Source of the DNA: Bugula neritina
Taxonomy: Eukaryota > Animalia > Bryozoa
Length of the DNA: 64,000 nt
Assembly: GCA_964035545.1 (NCBI GenBank)
Contig: OZ037765.1
Span: 35,116,080-35,180,079 of the forward strand
Reading direction: 5' to 3'
The notes below the pieces were generated by a model. That model was not told where the DNA came from and made no database searches. It worked only from the letters and a program-made list of their open reading frames with translations. The translations under genes were made by a program, and so were the position numbers. Of the stretch, positions 1 through 11,600 are shown piece after piece. The stretch's first letter is position 1; each line of letters begins with the position of its first letter.

Positions 1-1155
1 TTCAAATTGATTTTGTTGCAGCAAAGGTCTCCATCTGTTAGAGAGAGGAACCCGAAGTCTAGTTAACAACATTGCAGGTCCTAAACATGCCTCGGAGAGC
101 AACGCTGTTCAGACAGGAAATGTCCGAAAATATGTGACATCTGCAAAATCTAAATACGTGTTAGCATTAAGTCAATCTAAAAACTGACAACTGATTGTAC
201 TATAGCTCTCTTAGTTTATAACATTATACCTACTGACATTGTTCTAATTATATAATAATAATATACTAATATAACATATATAGCTCACACGGAAATGCGT
301 ATTTAGTATAATTTGTTTTTATCATGCATATGTATTATAAAACATGTATATATTCATTGTGGTTTATATTAAATAAAATTTCTTCACTTTAATATCTGGG
401 GAAAGTTCTTGATGTATTATCATCTATAGGTGACAGCCCAATCACTACAAGAGGGTGTTATTCATTCGAAAGCAATCATCTTGTTATTGTCAGCATACAT
501 TACAACTCCACAGCTGTAGTACTGTATCATTTGAGGTTTAGAGCTAAGATGTGGGATTATCACACCAGAAAATGGTAAACTTTCGGAGTTGTCTATTATT
601 GCTACCACGTAAGAGTTACGATCTTGGCACTATTCTGTCAAGTCGAAATGTTACGATGCAATACAGACGCGTAAGAAGCAAACCTGTCGTACAATATTCA
701 CCCTATTGCATTTCGTTGAAGTAGGGAGCTCAATGTGGAGTTACCAGATCCTATCTCATATATTTCTAAGGTACCTTCTGTTCGAGTCTCACTCTGATTG
801 GAATATCAGGTCGGATTTTACTTTATAACTTGAGTCTGATTTCAGAGTCTGGTTACAAAACAGTAACAACATTACAATAATGAATATGGTGACAATTAGT
901 ATTACTAATTCAAAATCAAAATGCTTTGAATTTGATAATCATAAGTTGATTAAGTGATAATCATATTTATAATGATAAACTCATAATGATGATGTCAATC
1001 ACAATAATATTAATATTATAATTGTTATTAGTTCTATTTTTATTTTAATTTAATCCAATTTAATTTCATTATAATTATTCAATATTTTGTTTTATTTTTA
1101 CACTAATACTAATACTAACACTAATAGTAATACTAAGTAATACTAATACTAATAG

Positions 1156-1273
1156 TACTAATAGTAATAGAAATTTAAATTGAATCAGAATATTATAATT
1201 ATTGAATACTAACAGTGATTAAACTTAATTGATAATTCAATGTAATTGTAAAGTTGTGTTAAATTTAATACTA
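1156..1273. repeat. Left arm of perfect 118-bp inverted repeat flanking the LINE
   Basis: Base-for-base reverse complement of 3523-3640. Confidence 0.95.
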
Positions 1274-1279
1274 ATAGTA

Positions 1280-3343
1280 CCAAATCTCTTAAAAACACAA
1301 CCGAAAACAATTAAACTATACAAAAATGCAAATATAACTGGTTTCAGAGACAGTATGCAAACTGTCTGTAACAAACTTGAGGACATGTCAGACCCGGACA
1401 ACATGTGGCTCCTTTTTAGAGAAGGTCTTGCGCAGGCTTGCAAAAATCACATTCCTACAAAAGTTTTAAAATCAAAAAACTCTCGCTGGCCTGTTTGGTT
1501 TGATAAGGAGGCAAAGAAGCTTGCTCAAAAGCAAAGAAAAACTTGGTTTAAGTATAAAAAAACAAGGGATGTGTTTTTCTTGGAGAAGTATAAAACAGAG
1601 CGAAAATCTTGCAAAACATTGCTTCGTCACAAGAAGAGGAACTATGTAGTTGAGAAGGTATGTAAACCATTAGAGAGGGGAAATTCCAAGCCTTTTTTCA
1701 AACACCTGAGGCAAAAAACTGGTCAAGATAATATTTCTATGTCTCTTACTGACCCTGATACTAATCAACTAACTGACAACTCACTGAGATGCGCTGAAAT
1801 CTTGAACAGTTATTTTTATAGTCAGTTCTGCCAAGATCACCAGGTGTCACAATATCCAAATTATAGCAGTGATACTCATAACATATGCATATCCATCAAG
1901 GGGCTTGAGTCACTTATTAGAGGTTTGGCAAATGGTAAATCACCGGGGCCAGACGGCATAAGAAAACCAGACCTATTAGTTGATACTGGAATAAATGCCA
2001 CTTGTCTTCAGCACATATACCATGCCTCACTTAAATCTGGAAAACTACCAAGAGAGTGGAAACTTGCTAATGTAACCCCAATACATAAAGGAGGAAGCAA
2101 GGAATCACCACAGAATTATAGGCCTATCTCTCTCACAAGCATTCCGTGCAAAATGCTTGAGCACATAATCCTGCACTACCTGAATGCAACCCTTGACAAT
2201 ATACTTCACAACAGGCAGCATGGTTTTCGGAAGGGAATGTCATGCGATACTCAGCTGTGCTCAACATACCATGACATTGCCAAAGCGCACGACCAATCAC
2301 AAGACACACATGCAATTGTTCTAGACTTTAAAAAAGCATTTGACAAAGTCCCCCATTCCCTACTACTACTGAAACTACGTCGCATTCCAGAAGTTAACCC
2401 ACAGATTATAAATTGGATTCAAGATTTCATCACCAACAGAAAACAGAGAGTTGTAATCAAAGGCTCATGCTCAACTGAGCTCCCAGTAACATCGGGCGTC
2501 CCCCAAGGATCTGTACTAGGACCCACACTATTCTTGGTCTATATTAACGATTTACCAAGTTGTGTCAATTGTTGTGTCAGTCTTTATGCAGATGACACCC
2601 TGTTGTACCAAAGAGTAAACTCAGAAGCAGATGCTGCAGACTTCCAGGTCAATATCGATGCAGTATATAACTGGTCCCAACAGTGGAAGATGCCTTTTAA
2701 TGAAAGTAAATGCCATGCTATATCATTTGGTCGCCAAACAGGCCTTCCATCTTATAAGCTTGGGAGTACACCTGTCCAATGGACTGAAGAGACCAAGTAT
2801 CTCGGTGTGACCATGCAGAGTAACCTTAAATTTGACAAACACATTGTGCTGAAATCACAAAAAGCTAGCAGAGTCCTAGGAGCAATAAAGTTTGCTCTCC
2901 ATGATGCTCCAAAAAATGGCAAACTCTTGGCTTACACCAGCCTCTGCCGTCCATTGTTGGAGTATGCAGATACCCTCTGGGATCCTTATTTAAAAACCAC
3001 CATACATGATATAGAAATGGTTCAGAATCGTGCTGTGAGGTTCATATCAGGTCTCAAGGGGCGAGAGAGTGTTAGTGACGCTCGATGCGAACTGGGTCTA
3101 CTACCATTACAAACGAGGCGTAAAAATCATAGACTCACACTATTGACACGTATTCTACAGTCTGAAGCCACACACAGTACACTTGCATCAGACTATGATG
3201 AGGTTGTGGAAAATCGCTCTCTCATGTCCGTAACTACGAGATCAGCAGCCCAAGGTTTACCCAACTCCATTTCTTCTCGCTCTAGCTGTTACCACCAAAG
3301 TTTCTTACCAAGAACGATACGCGACATGAGAGGATTTACCTAG
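1280..3343 (+). CDS. LINE ORF2 reverse transcriptase (endonuclease domain missing)
   Basis: Motifs KSPGPDGI, NYRPISLTS, QHGFRKG, LDFKKAFDKV, SGVPQGSVLGPTLF, YADD, KYLGV and C-terminal RPLLEYA / EMVQNRAVRF typical of CR1/L2-type RT; the called start at 1229 lies in flanking DNA. Confidence 0.92.
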   Translation, partial: PNLLKTQPKTIKLYKNANITGFRDSMQTVCNKLEDMSDPDNMWLLFREGLAQACKNHIPTKVLKSKNSRWPVWFDKEAKKLAQKQRKTWFKYKKTRDVFFLEKYKTERKSCKTLLRHKKRNYVVEKVCKPLERGNSKPFFKHLRQKTGQDNISMSLTDPDTNQLTDNSLRCAEILNSYFYSQFCQDHQVSQYPNYSSDTHNICISIKGLESLIRGLANGKSPGPDGIRKPDLLVDTGINATCLQHIYHASLKSGKLPREWKLANVTPIHKGGSKESPQNYRPISLTSIPCKMLEHIILHYLNATLDNILHNRQHGFRKGMSCDTQLCSTYHDIAKAHDQSQDTHAIVLDFKKAFDKVPHSLLLLKLRRIPEVNPQIINWIQDFITNRKQRVVIKGSCSTELPVTSGVPQGSVLGPTLFLVYINDLPSCVNCCVSLYADDTLLYQRVNSEADAADFQVNIDAVYNWSQQWKMPFNESKCHAISFGRQTGLPSYKLGSTPVQWTEETKYLGVTMQSNLKFDKHIVLKSQKASRVLGAIKFALHDAPKNGKLLAYTSLCRPLLEYADTLWDPYLKTTIHDIEMVQNRAVRFISGLKGRESVSDARCELGLLPLQTRRKNHRLTLLTRILQSEATHSTLASDYDEVVENRSLMSVTTRSAAQGLPNSISSRSSCYHQSFLPRTIRDMRGFT

Positions 3344-3515
3344 CTTACCTATCAATTTTCCTTTTAAATATCACTATCTAAATTGAATAATATCAGCGGT
3401 AATGCGGAAGCACTAAAAAAAAAAACGGAGCACTCACTGTCACACACATGAGGCGCTCTACTAACGTCATATGATGGTCAAGAGCGTTCTACCTCATCAG
3501 AGGTAATCAGAGGTA
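1280..3515 (+). mobile_element. 5'-truncated non-LTR retrotransposon (CR1/L2/Jockey-group LINE)
   Basis: Uninterrupted RT ORF, short 3' UTR with an internal A-tract (~3415-3425), tandem tail (ATCAGAGGTA)x2 at 3496-3515, candidate TSD TAATAGTA at 1272-1279 and 3520-3527; no APE endonuclease domain or ORF1. Confidence 0.9.
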
Positions 3516-3522
3516 ATAGTAA

Positions 3523-3640
3523 TAGTATTAAATTTAACACAACTTTACAATTACATTGAATTATCAATTAAGTTTAATCACTGTTAGTATTCAATAATTA
3601 TAATATTCTGATTCAATTTAAATTTCTATTACTATTAGTA
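3523..3640. repeat. Right arm of perfect 118-bp inverted repeat flanking the LINE
   Basis: Base-for-base reverse complement of 1156-1273; extends ~12 bp further with one 3-bp indel. Confidence 0.95.
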
Positions 3641-6294
3641 TTAGTATTAGTAATAGTAGTACAGTAATAGTAAATGTAGTTGTAATACTAATAGTGATGA
3701 CAATAGTCATGGTGATTATTGATGATGATATAATTATAAACTTAAAGTTAAATAAACTCTCAGTATGTGCACGGCTATGAGTACTACTCACAAATAGTTA
3801 GCAATACTATAATAATGCTAATACTAATGTAATACTAATAGTTATAGTACTGATAATGTTGCTGTTGGAGTTTGGGGTTATATTATATTTTTTTTGATAT
3901 AAATAAATTTATACCACTACAACTACACATCTATGCCTTCAGTATCACTATCACTATGCCTTAAATGTCAGTATCAGTATGGCTTTTGACTATCACTATG
4001 ACTTATGACGATGAAGAACATAAATTTAAAACTACAATTCCTTATCAAAACCCAATTACGATTTGATTTAGTATGTAAGATGGATTATTTAACTGTATTT
4101 GTTAAGTTGATTTTGAAGGCGAAAATATAATTCTATAACCATGGGGAATACTGATACACATACTAACTTATGTCGCTTATGTTACTGTTAACTTCTGTCA
4201 TATTAATAGTCTTAGTAAGTGTGTTGATGATCATAATGATAATGATGATATTGTAGATAGATATTAGTATGAGTGGTAGTAATCACTATAATAATACTAG
4301 ATGTAATAGAAGGCCTGCAACCAGCACAACTTAACTTTTAAACTGCAATAAATGATGCAAATGTCTCCACATGGGATTATATTTATTCGCAAAAACTGTG
4401 GATATTGTATTGACTATGGCTATTAGTCTTGGTGTTGGTTTTGCTTTGTGTTTAATGATATTCCTATTATAGATAATAGTAAATATAAAGAACCTTATTA
4501 ACATATAATGTTTTCATTTGCAATTTTATAAATTTCTTAAGCTGTCAACAATACTAATAAGTACAAGTCTAACAATCTGGTTTTCATCATGAATTTCGGA
4601 GATAGAAAATTTTATGCTGCTTAGTTTCAATTCAGTAATTTTTCAATTTAAAGATGGCTGAATTGGAGTTCATATTTAGATAACTATTAGTGATGATGGT
4701 GATAGTGTAATATTTATTTATTTAGTTGCAAGCAGCAACCATCATATCTACGGGTACAATTGGTATAACTCAAAAGTATACAACATTTTAATAAGCTTGG
4801 ACTTTTTAGAGATTATATATCTGAGTGTTGGCAGGCAAAGCTTACAATTGCAGGTTTTATAGTAACGGACAGTGTTGCTAGCAGCGTAATGATGGAGTGT
4901 AGTAAGATTCATAAAAGAAATTAATTACTAAAAGCTGCATGCATATACATTTAGTATTGATGGGAGCAAATTAACTACTTTTTGTAATAATAGATGGTTA
5001 TGAGCAGCGGTGGTTCTCCATTCAATGATTACATCTACTTATACTTGGTGGGATAAAAACTTGAAACTAAATGCTTCTGGTTCTAATTTTATGATGAGGT
5101 ATTTAACTATTTAGTTAGAATAACTGGAAAACTGTTTTTGGTGTGGTGGGGCTGTCTTTAGGAAATGAAAGTCAAGTAAAAGTTTACCTTTTCAGAAAAT
5201 CATCAAATAATACTAATATTTAAAGCTGATAGCGCATCACTTGTTAGTTCAACATGTTTGAATATGTATCAGCTTATTGGCTGAGGTGTGCTGCCTACCT
5301 GCTCACTCATGCATAGCGGCATTCTGCAATCTGTGGACATTTAAAAACTCAATTTTTCACTTGGCAAAATAATTCCTTGTTACAAAAAAGACAGAAAGTT
5401 ATATTTTGTTATAAAGCATTAAAGCATCACATGATGGTATTCCGTGAGCCTAAATCATACTTTACACAGTCTTGGCCTTCCACATTCTGAATACATAAAA
5501 GAAGTCACTTTATTTCGCTGCTCGTCCACAATTGTTGGAAGGTAAATAGACTCTAGTAATGACCATATTGCTCACAGAGTGGAATATAGCACACAGTTAC
5601 TAAACTCTCTCATTACCAACATTTCCCATAATACTTTGCATACTGATGAGGTTAGTAAATTCTAACCCAGGGTAAGTGATGACAAATTACCATCAAGCTT
5701 ACTGTCTGCTCAGGACATCTGGTATGGAATACGTTTCTATGATATATTCTATCACTGATGTAGTGAATGTCTTTCAACTTACTCTCTGCGTCATCCTACA
5801 CTCACGATGCCAAAGCCGTGCTCTACTAACCTACATTTATTTAGTGCACTCTGACCTATTTCTTAGTCAGTCAGTCTGTCTGTTTGCCAGTTTATGTTCC
5901 TGGAGGAGTACGTCACAGTTTTACTTGATTTGTTCAAGTCCTTTCTTAGTTCCCAGGGTTTTCTATTTGGGAAAATAGTTTCATTAGAAAAATGTTCTCT
6001 AAAGTAGATTTATGCTATTCTGACGTTGTTTTTCATATGAAAGCTTAATTCTACTACCAGCAAATGTGTACATCAGAGGAAATATTGACTTGGTGATAAT
6101 ATAGGATAAAGAAATAGTACGTTTTCAAGAGTCAGCAGATTTAAATATTTTAGTAATACAGCAAATGCTGAACCACATAATACCCTCTATAGAATCTATC
6201 TAGGGCAATAATACCCTCTAGAATTTAGCTAGGACAATAATACCCTCTAGTAGGGCAATAACACCCTCAGCTAGGACAATAATAACCTCTAAAG

Positions 6295-6550
6295 CAGGGC
6301 TGTCCAACAGGTGACCTCAGGGCCGAATGTGGCCCCCAGCCTACATTTATATGGCCCTCAAAGGTCTAAAGCTGAAATTAGCTTTCACACGTATTGAAAA
6401 CCACCTTTACCATATCTTATTTCTACACATGCTATAAAAAACATCATCTTCCAGTAACTATTGGGACTTGATTGTGCAACAATTCATAAAATGTTGGAAT
6501 AAAGTAACTTGAAAGATACTGGTGCTGTGGCCCTAGCTTAAACTGAAGTT
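6295..6550 (+). mobile_element. Non-autonomous hAT/Charlie-like DNA transposon fragment
   Basis: Begins CAGGGCTGTCCAAC...GGGCCGAATGTGGCCC after CTCTAAAG (Charlie-type NTCTARAN target); sub-terminal TGTGGCCC at ~6526; right TIR not seen. Confidence 0.55.
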
Positions 6551-6976
6551 TAGAGTCTAGAGGGTATACAGTTTAGAGTGTAGAGGGTGTACAGTGTAGA
6601 GTGTATACAGTGTAGAGTCTAGAGGGTATACAGTTTAGAGTGTAGAGGGTATACAGTTTAGAGTGTAGAGGGTGTACAGTGTAGAGTGTATACAGTGTAG
6701 AGTCTAGAGGGTATACAGTTTAGAGTGTAGAGGGTATACAGTTTAGAGTGTAGAGGGTGTACAGTTTACAGTGTAGAGGGTGTACAGTTTACAGTGTAGA
6801 GTGTATACAGTGTAGAGTCTAGAGTGTATACAGTTTAGAGTCTAGAGGGTATACAGTTTAGAGTGTAGAGGGTGTAGAGTGTATACAGTTAAGAGTCTAG
6901 AGTGTATACAGTTAAGAGTGTAGAGGGTATACAGTGTAGAGGGTATACAGTTAAGAGTCTAGAGGGTGTACAGTTT
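6551..6976. repeat. Degenerate tandem repeat (TAGAGTGTAGAGGGTATACAGTT-like)
   Basis: Direct inspection. Confidence 0.9.
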
Positions 6977-8678
6977 GCAAAGTCTATAAAGTCAGCAAAT
7001 TCCTCTAGCACAAGCTGACTTCCTTTCAGCCACTTTAAAGTTACTCACTGAAGCCTTTATAACATCCAATGATATCCCAATGTGGTATTAATTATTTCTG
7101 GCAATGCTAATACCATCATTTAAAATGATTAAGATTACATATGCAATAGCTGTGAGCTAATCTTATATCTTCTGATAGATGATAGGATGGAGGTTGTATT
7201 ATGTGGGTTAGTGTGATGTACTCAGTGGGTAGTGTACATATTCTATTATGTAATAACATATTGCAAATACTCTGTATAAGTTAATATCCTACTCACACGT
7301 ATGCCTGTCTCTCATATTCAACAACTTTTATTTAAAGAAGGGCAAGAAAAGGAATCTTTCTCACTCATTTATTATTATTATTATGAAGACTACTTCTAGT
7401 GTAAAGACTGCCCCATGTTCTGTTGAGAGTGTGCAATTATATATCTCCTATATTATCATTATAGTCTCTAACACCTGCCTCATCACATGCTATCTCTGGC
7501 ATACCTGACTTTACCTGTACATAAATAACTGTTTATGGCTTTTTGACCTAACAGGATGCTAACTGCTAATAATTAATAACGCTAATGGCCTGTTGTCACA
7601 TGCCAAGTATGTGCTTTCAGGTGATTGTAAAGTGATACTTAGGCATGTATCACGTGACTGACATTTGTTATTGTCATGGTGACCAAAGTGACACACAGGT
7701 ATTAACCTAAATAGTTTATATGTCAATTATAGTTTAATGTTGTGTCTCTGCTACAAGAGTTTAGTACTCAACAGCAACAGTCTCTCGTATTCTAGACTCT
7801 AGAGTATTCTAAAATATATTAAATTGACTTGATTTTCAAATATATGAATTCATAATGATTGGCCTGACCCCTGTTCATGTGGTATATCATCCAAAGGTTT
7901 ACTTCCTGTCCACATTTAGCATGCTTTTAAATGTGGCACATTTTACTTAATAAGCATACACAATGGTAAATAAAGATTGTAAAAATTAAAGTTGGTTTGA
8001 AAGTTTTGAAATTCTAATAGTAGGTAGTATTTTATACCCTGATTAGGGGATTTAGCTGAGACTGTGCCCTGCAACGTAAAACTATGATCATATAACCGGG
8101 TGGGTGTGGGACCGTAACACCCTTTTCTAAAAAGATTTGATTTAGCTTCTGTCATGGCTGCTAGATGAAAATAATTTGTATCTGGTTTAAACCACTAAGA
8201 TCTGTATGTTTGCAGATTAGTAACTAAAACTCTAGAATTTATACAGGCTGGAGGGTTTCTAGTTATTGAATCACGTAAACTTGAGATTTTGACTAAAAAT
8301 AGAGCAGAAATACGCAAAAATGAAATACTATGAAAAACATATTTAATATTATTTATTAGCAGTTCATTGAGCAGCTATATGTATACATATATATAAATAT
8401 TTTAGCAGCTAGAATAGGAGAATACTATATTCATTAGTGAGAAGTTAGAGTTGTGCTGTGAGAGCTAATGACAAGTTCAGACTAGAGCTGTTAGTCTGAG
8501 TGTATTTACGAGTTGGTTGTGGTGAATTTAGGACTGTTCTGGTTAACTCTTTGGGATAAGAAAGCAGGAAATAGAAGGTGAGAGAAGAGAGAGCTGGAGA
8601 AGTGTTGTACTTATTGTATAGCTGAGAGAATACTGGATGTTGACAGGAGGCCCTTCCTTCAGCTGAGTTGACTGCCAA

Positions 8679-11600
8679 ATGGTGAGTACATCAACTCACT
8701 TAACTATTAGTCATAGCTTGGAAACTCTGGCTCGTACTAGCACCACATTCAGCTGGTCACATGACACTAACATTCAGCTGGTCACATGACACAAGGGTTC
8801 AGCTGGTCACATGACACTTACATTCAGCTGGTCACATGACACTTACATTCAGCTGGTCACATGACACTAGGATTCTTGCTGAGGGTTTGGTGTGAATTAT
8901 TGATTGGTTGTTTATGATATTTACTGGGTAAATGTCAACATGTTTAGTGATGGGACTGAGCACAGAGTTTCTCTTATTTATATCAACCTTACAGTAGTGA
9001 GTATTCCAGCTCCTGCTTTCAGCTGAATCTTATCTAGTATATTTTTAAATTTACTGGAAAATTGTATAGTTTTGTTATTGGAGAGCCTTTGACACCCAAT
9101 CCAGTTACGTTTGCTACTTGTTACTTGCTAGCACTTGCCACTTGCTAGCACTTGCCACTTGCTAGCACTTGCCACTTGCTAGCACTTGTTACTTGCTAGC
9201 ACTTGCCACTTGCTAGCACTTGCCACTTGCTAGCACTTGCCACTTGCTAGCACTTGCCACTTGCTAGCACTTGTTACTTGCTAGCACTTGCCACTTGCTA
9301 GCACTTGCCACTTGCTAGCACTTGCCACTTGCTAGCACTTGTTACTTGCTAGCACTTGCCACTCGCTAGCACTTGTTACTTGCTAGCACTTGCCACTCGC
9401 TGTAGATGCATGAAAGCAATATTAGTCACACACCCTCAGGGTTTTATGGTGTTAGAAAGCCAGTAGATTACAGACTGAACTGTGCTGCTGGTTTGTAGAA
9501 TATTATGCTGAGTTAGCACGCTATGTGAGGTGCTGAGTTGTTGAAGCTAATGCTAGACTGGAACAACAGCTGCAATATGTATACATGCTGTAGCTGGCTG
9601 TAGTTGGCAGTCTATTAACTTGTATGGTGTACACAGCACCTCTCTATTTCTGTGTTTCTTCTCTCCAGCTTATTGTTGATAGATGAGAACATATAGTACT
9701 GTTGATAGATGAGAACATATAGTACTGTTGATAGATGAGAACATATAGTACTGTTGATAGATGAGAACATATAGTACTGTTGATAGATGAGAACATATAG
9801 TACTGTTGATAGATGAGAACATATAGTACTGTTGATAGATGAGAACATATAGTACTGTTGATAGATGAGAATATATAGTACTGTTGATAGATGAGAACAT
9901 ATAGTACTGTTGATAGATGAGAACATATAGTACTGTTGATAGATGAGAACATATAGTACTGTTGATAGATGAGAACATATAGTACTGTTGATAGATGAGA
10001 ACATACAGTACTGTTGATAGATGAGAACATACAGTACTGTTGATAGATGAGAGGTTATAATTCTGGTATAAATTTTCATTCAAAGTTATATAATAATCTA
10101 AGACTAGTTTATTTTGGTAATGGTGGGCGTGCCACTCACTGCCTAATGACTTTAGCATATTAGCTGCTGATTGCAGATGAGTTCTAATATTAGAGACTGC
10201 AAGTTATAGCATGCTATAGACACACTACATGCTATGATCACTACATGCTATGATCACACTACATGCTATAAACACACTACATGCTATGATCACACTACAT
10301 GCTATAAACACACTACATGCTATGATCACACTACATGCTATGAACACACTACATGCTATGATCACTACATGCTATGAACACTACATGCTATGATCACTGC
10401 ATGCTATGAACACACTACATGCTATGAACACACTACATGCTATGATCACGGCCCCTGTATCACATAATATTGTATTACTTTTAGAATTCAATCCAGGCTT
10501 TCATTCACTTTGTTATTCCAGTGTTCTGGTGCAAATATTTTAACTAATAGTTTAGTTAAAATAGGTCATGATGGGTCCAAGAGATGAAACATGTTAAGTT
10601 AGTTTACACCAGTTGGTTGGCCTGCTTGATATTGTTCAAAGTTGTAGGTGTAGATATATAGGTGTAGATATATAGATGTAAGTATAGGGTGTAGGTATAG
10701 GTGTAAGTTGTAAGTGTAGGGTTTCTTCAGAGGGTCACAGTGGCTTAATAAAGGTGTACTAATCTTAATATCTTCACTGTCTGTTTGTTAATGACTTACA
10801 GTGAATTTTCAGTCAGACTAAGTGTAGAGTAGTACTGAGAGTAGAGTATTACTGAGAGTAGAGTAGTACTGAGAGTAGGGTAGTACTGGGTGTAGAGTAG
10901 TACTGAGAGTAGAGTAGTACTGAGAGTAGAGTAGTACTGAGAGTAGAGTAGTACTGAGAGTAGAGTAGTACTGAGAGTAGAGTAGTACTGAGAGTAGAGT
11001 AGTACTGTGAGTAGAGTAGTACAGTGAGTAGAGTAGTACTGAGAGTAGAGTAGTACTGAGTGTAGAGTGGTACTGAGAGTGGAGTATTACTGAGAGTAGA
11101 GTAGTACTGAGAGTAGAGTAGTACTGAGAGTAGAGTAGTACTGAGAGTAGAGTAGTACTGTGGGTAGAGTAGTACTGAGAGTGGAGTATTACTGAGAGTA
11201 GAGTAGTACTGAGAGTAGAGTAGTACTGAGAGTAGAGTAGTACTGAGAGTAGAGTAGTACTGAGAGTAGAGTAGTACTGTGGGTAGAGTAGTACTGAGAG
11301 TAGAGTAGTACTGGGTGTAGAGTAGTACTGAGAGTAGAGTAGTACTGAGAGTAGAGTAGTACTGGGTGTAGAGTAGTACTGAGTGTAGAGTAGTACTGAG
11401 AGTAGAGTAGCACTGAGAGTAGAGTAGTACTGAGAGTAGAGTATTACTGAGTGTAGAGTAGTACTGAGAGTAGAGTAGTACTGAGAGTAGAGTAGTACTG
11501 AGAGTAGAGTAGTACTGAGAGTAGAGTAGTACTGAGAGTGAACAAGAGAAAGGTGAGATCATAACTTTTCTGCTTTTCAATATTTATTTTGATTTTTTAC

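Noticed and set aside
1-860. Possible exons at 1-140 (-) and 733-770 (+)
   Set aside because: Short frames with stops, or phase incompatible with CACNB exon 11615; no recognisable product
1229-1279. N-terminal 17 codons of the 704-aa RT ORF
   Set aside because: TTG start lies in the inverted-repeat arm outside the element; fortuitous read-in
1156-3640. DIRS- or Penelope-type element with inverted terminal repeats
   Set aside because: RT motifs and tandem tail are CR1/L2-type; no tyrosine recombinase, RNase H or GIY-YIG domain
9615-11580. Long repetitive ORFs (MFSSINST..., YYSTLSTT...)
   Set aside because: Translations of 26-bp and 17-bp tandem repeats, open in several frames, antisense within a CACNB intron
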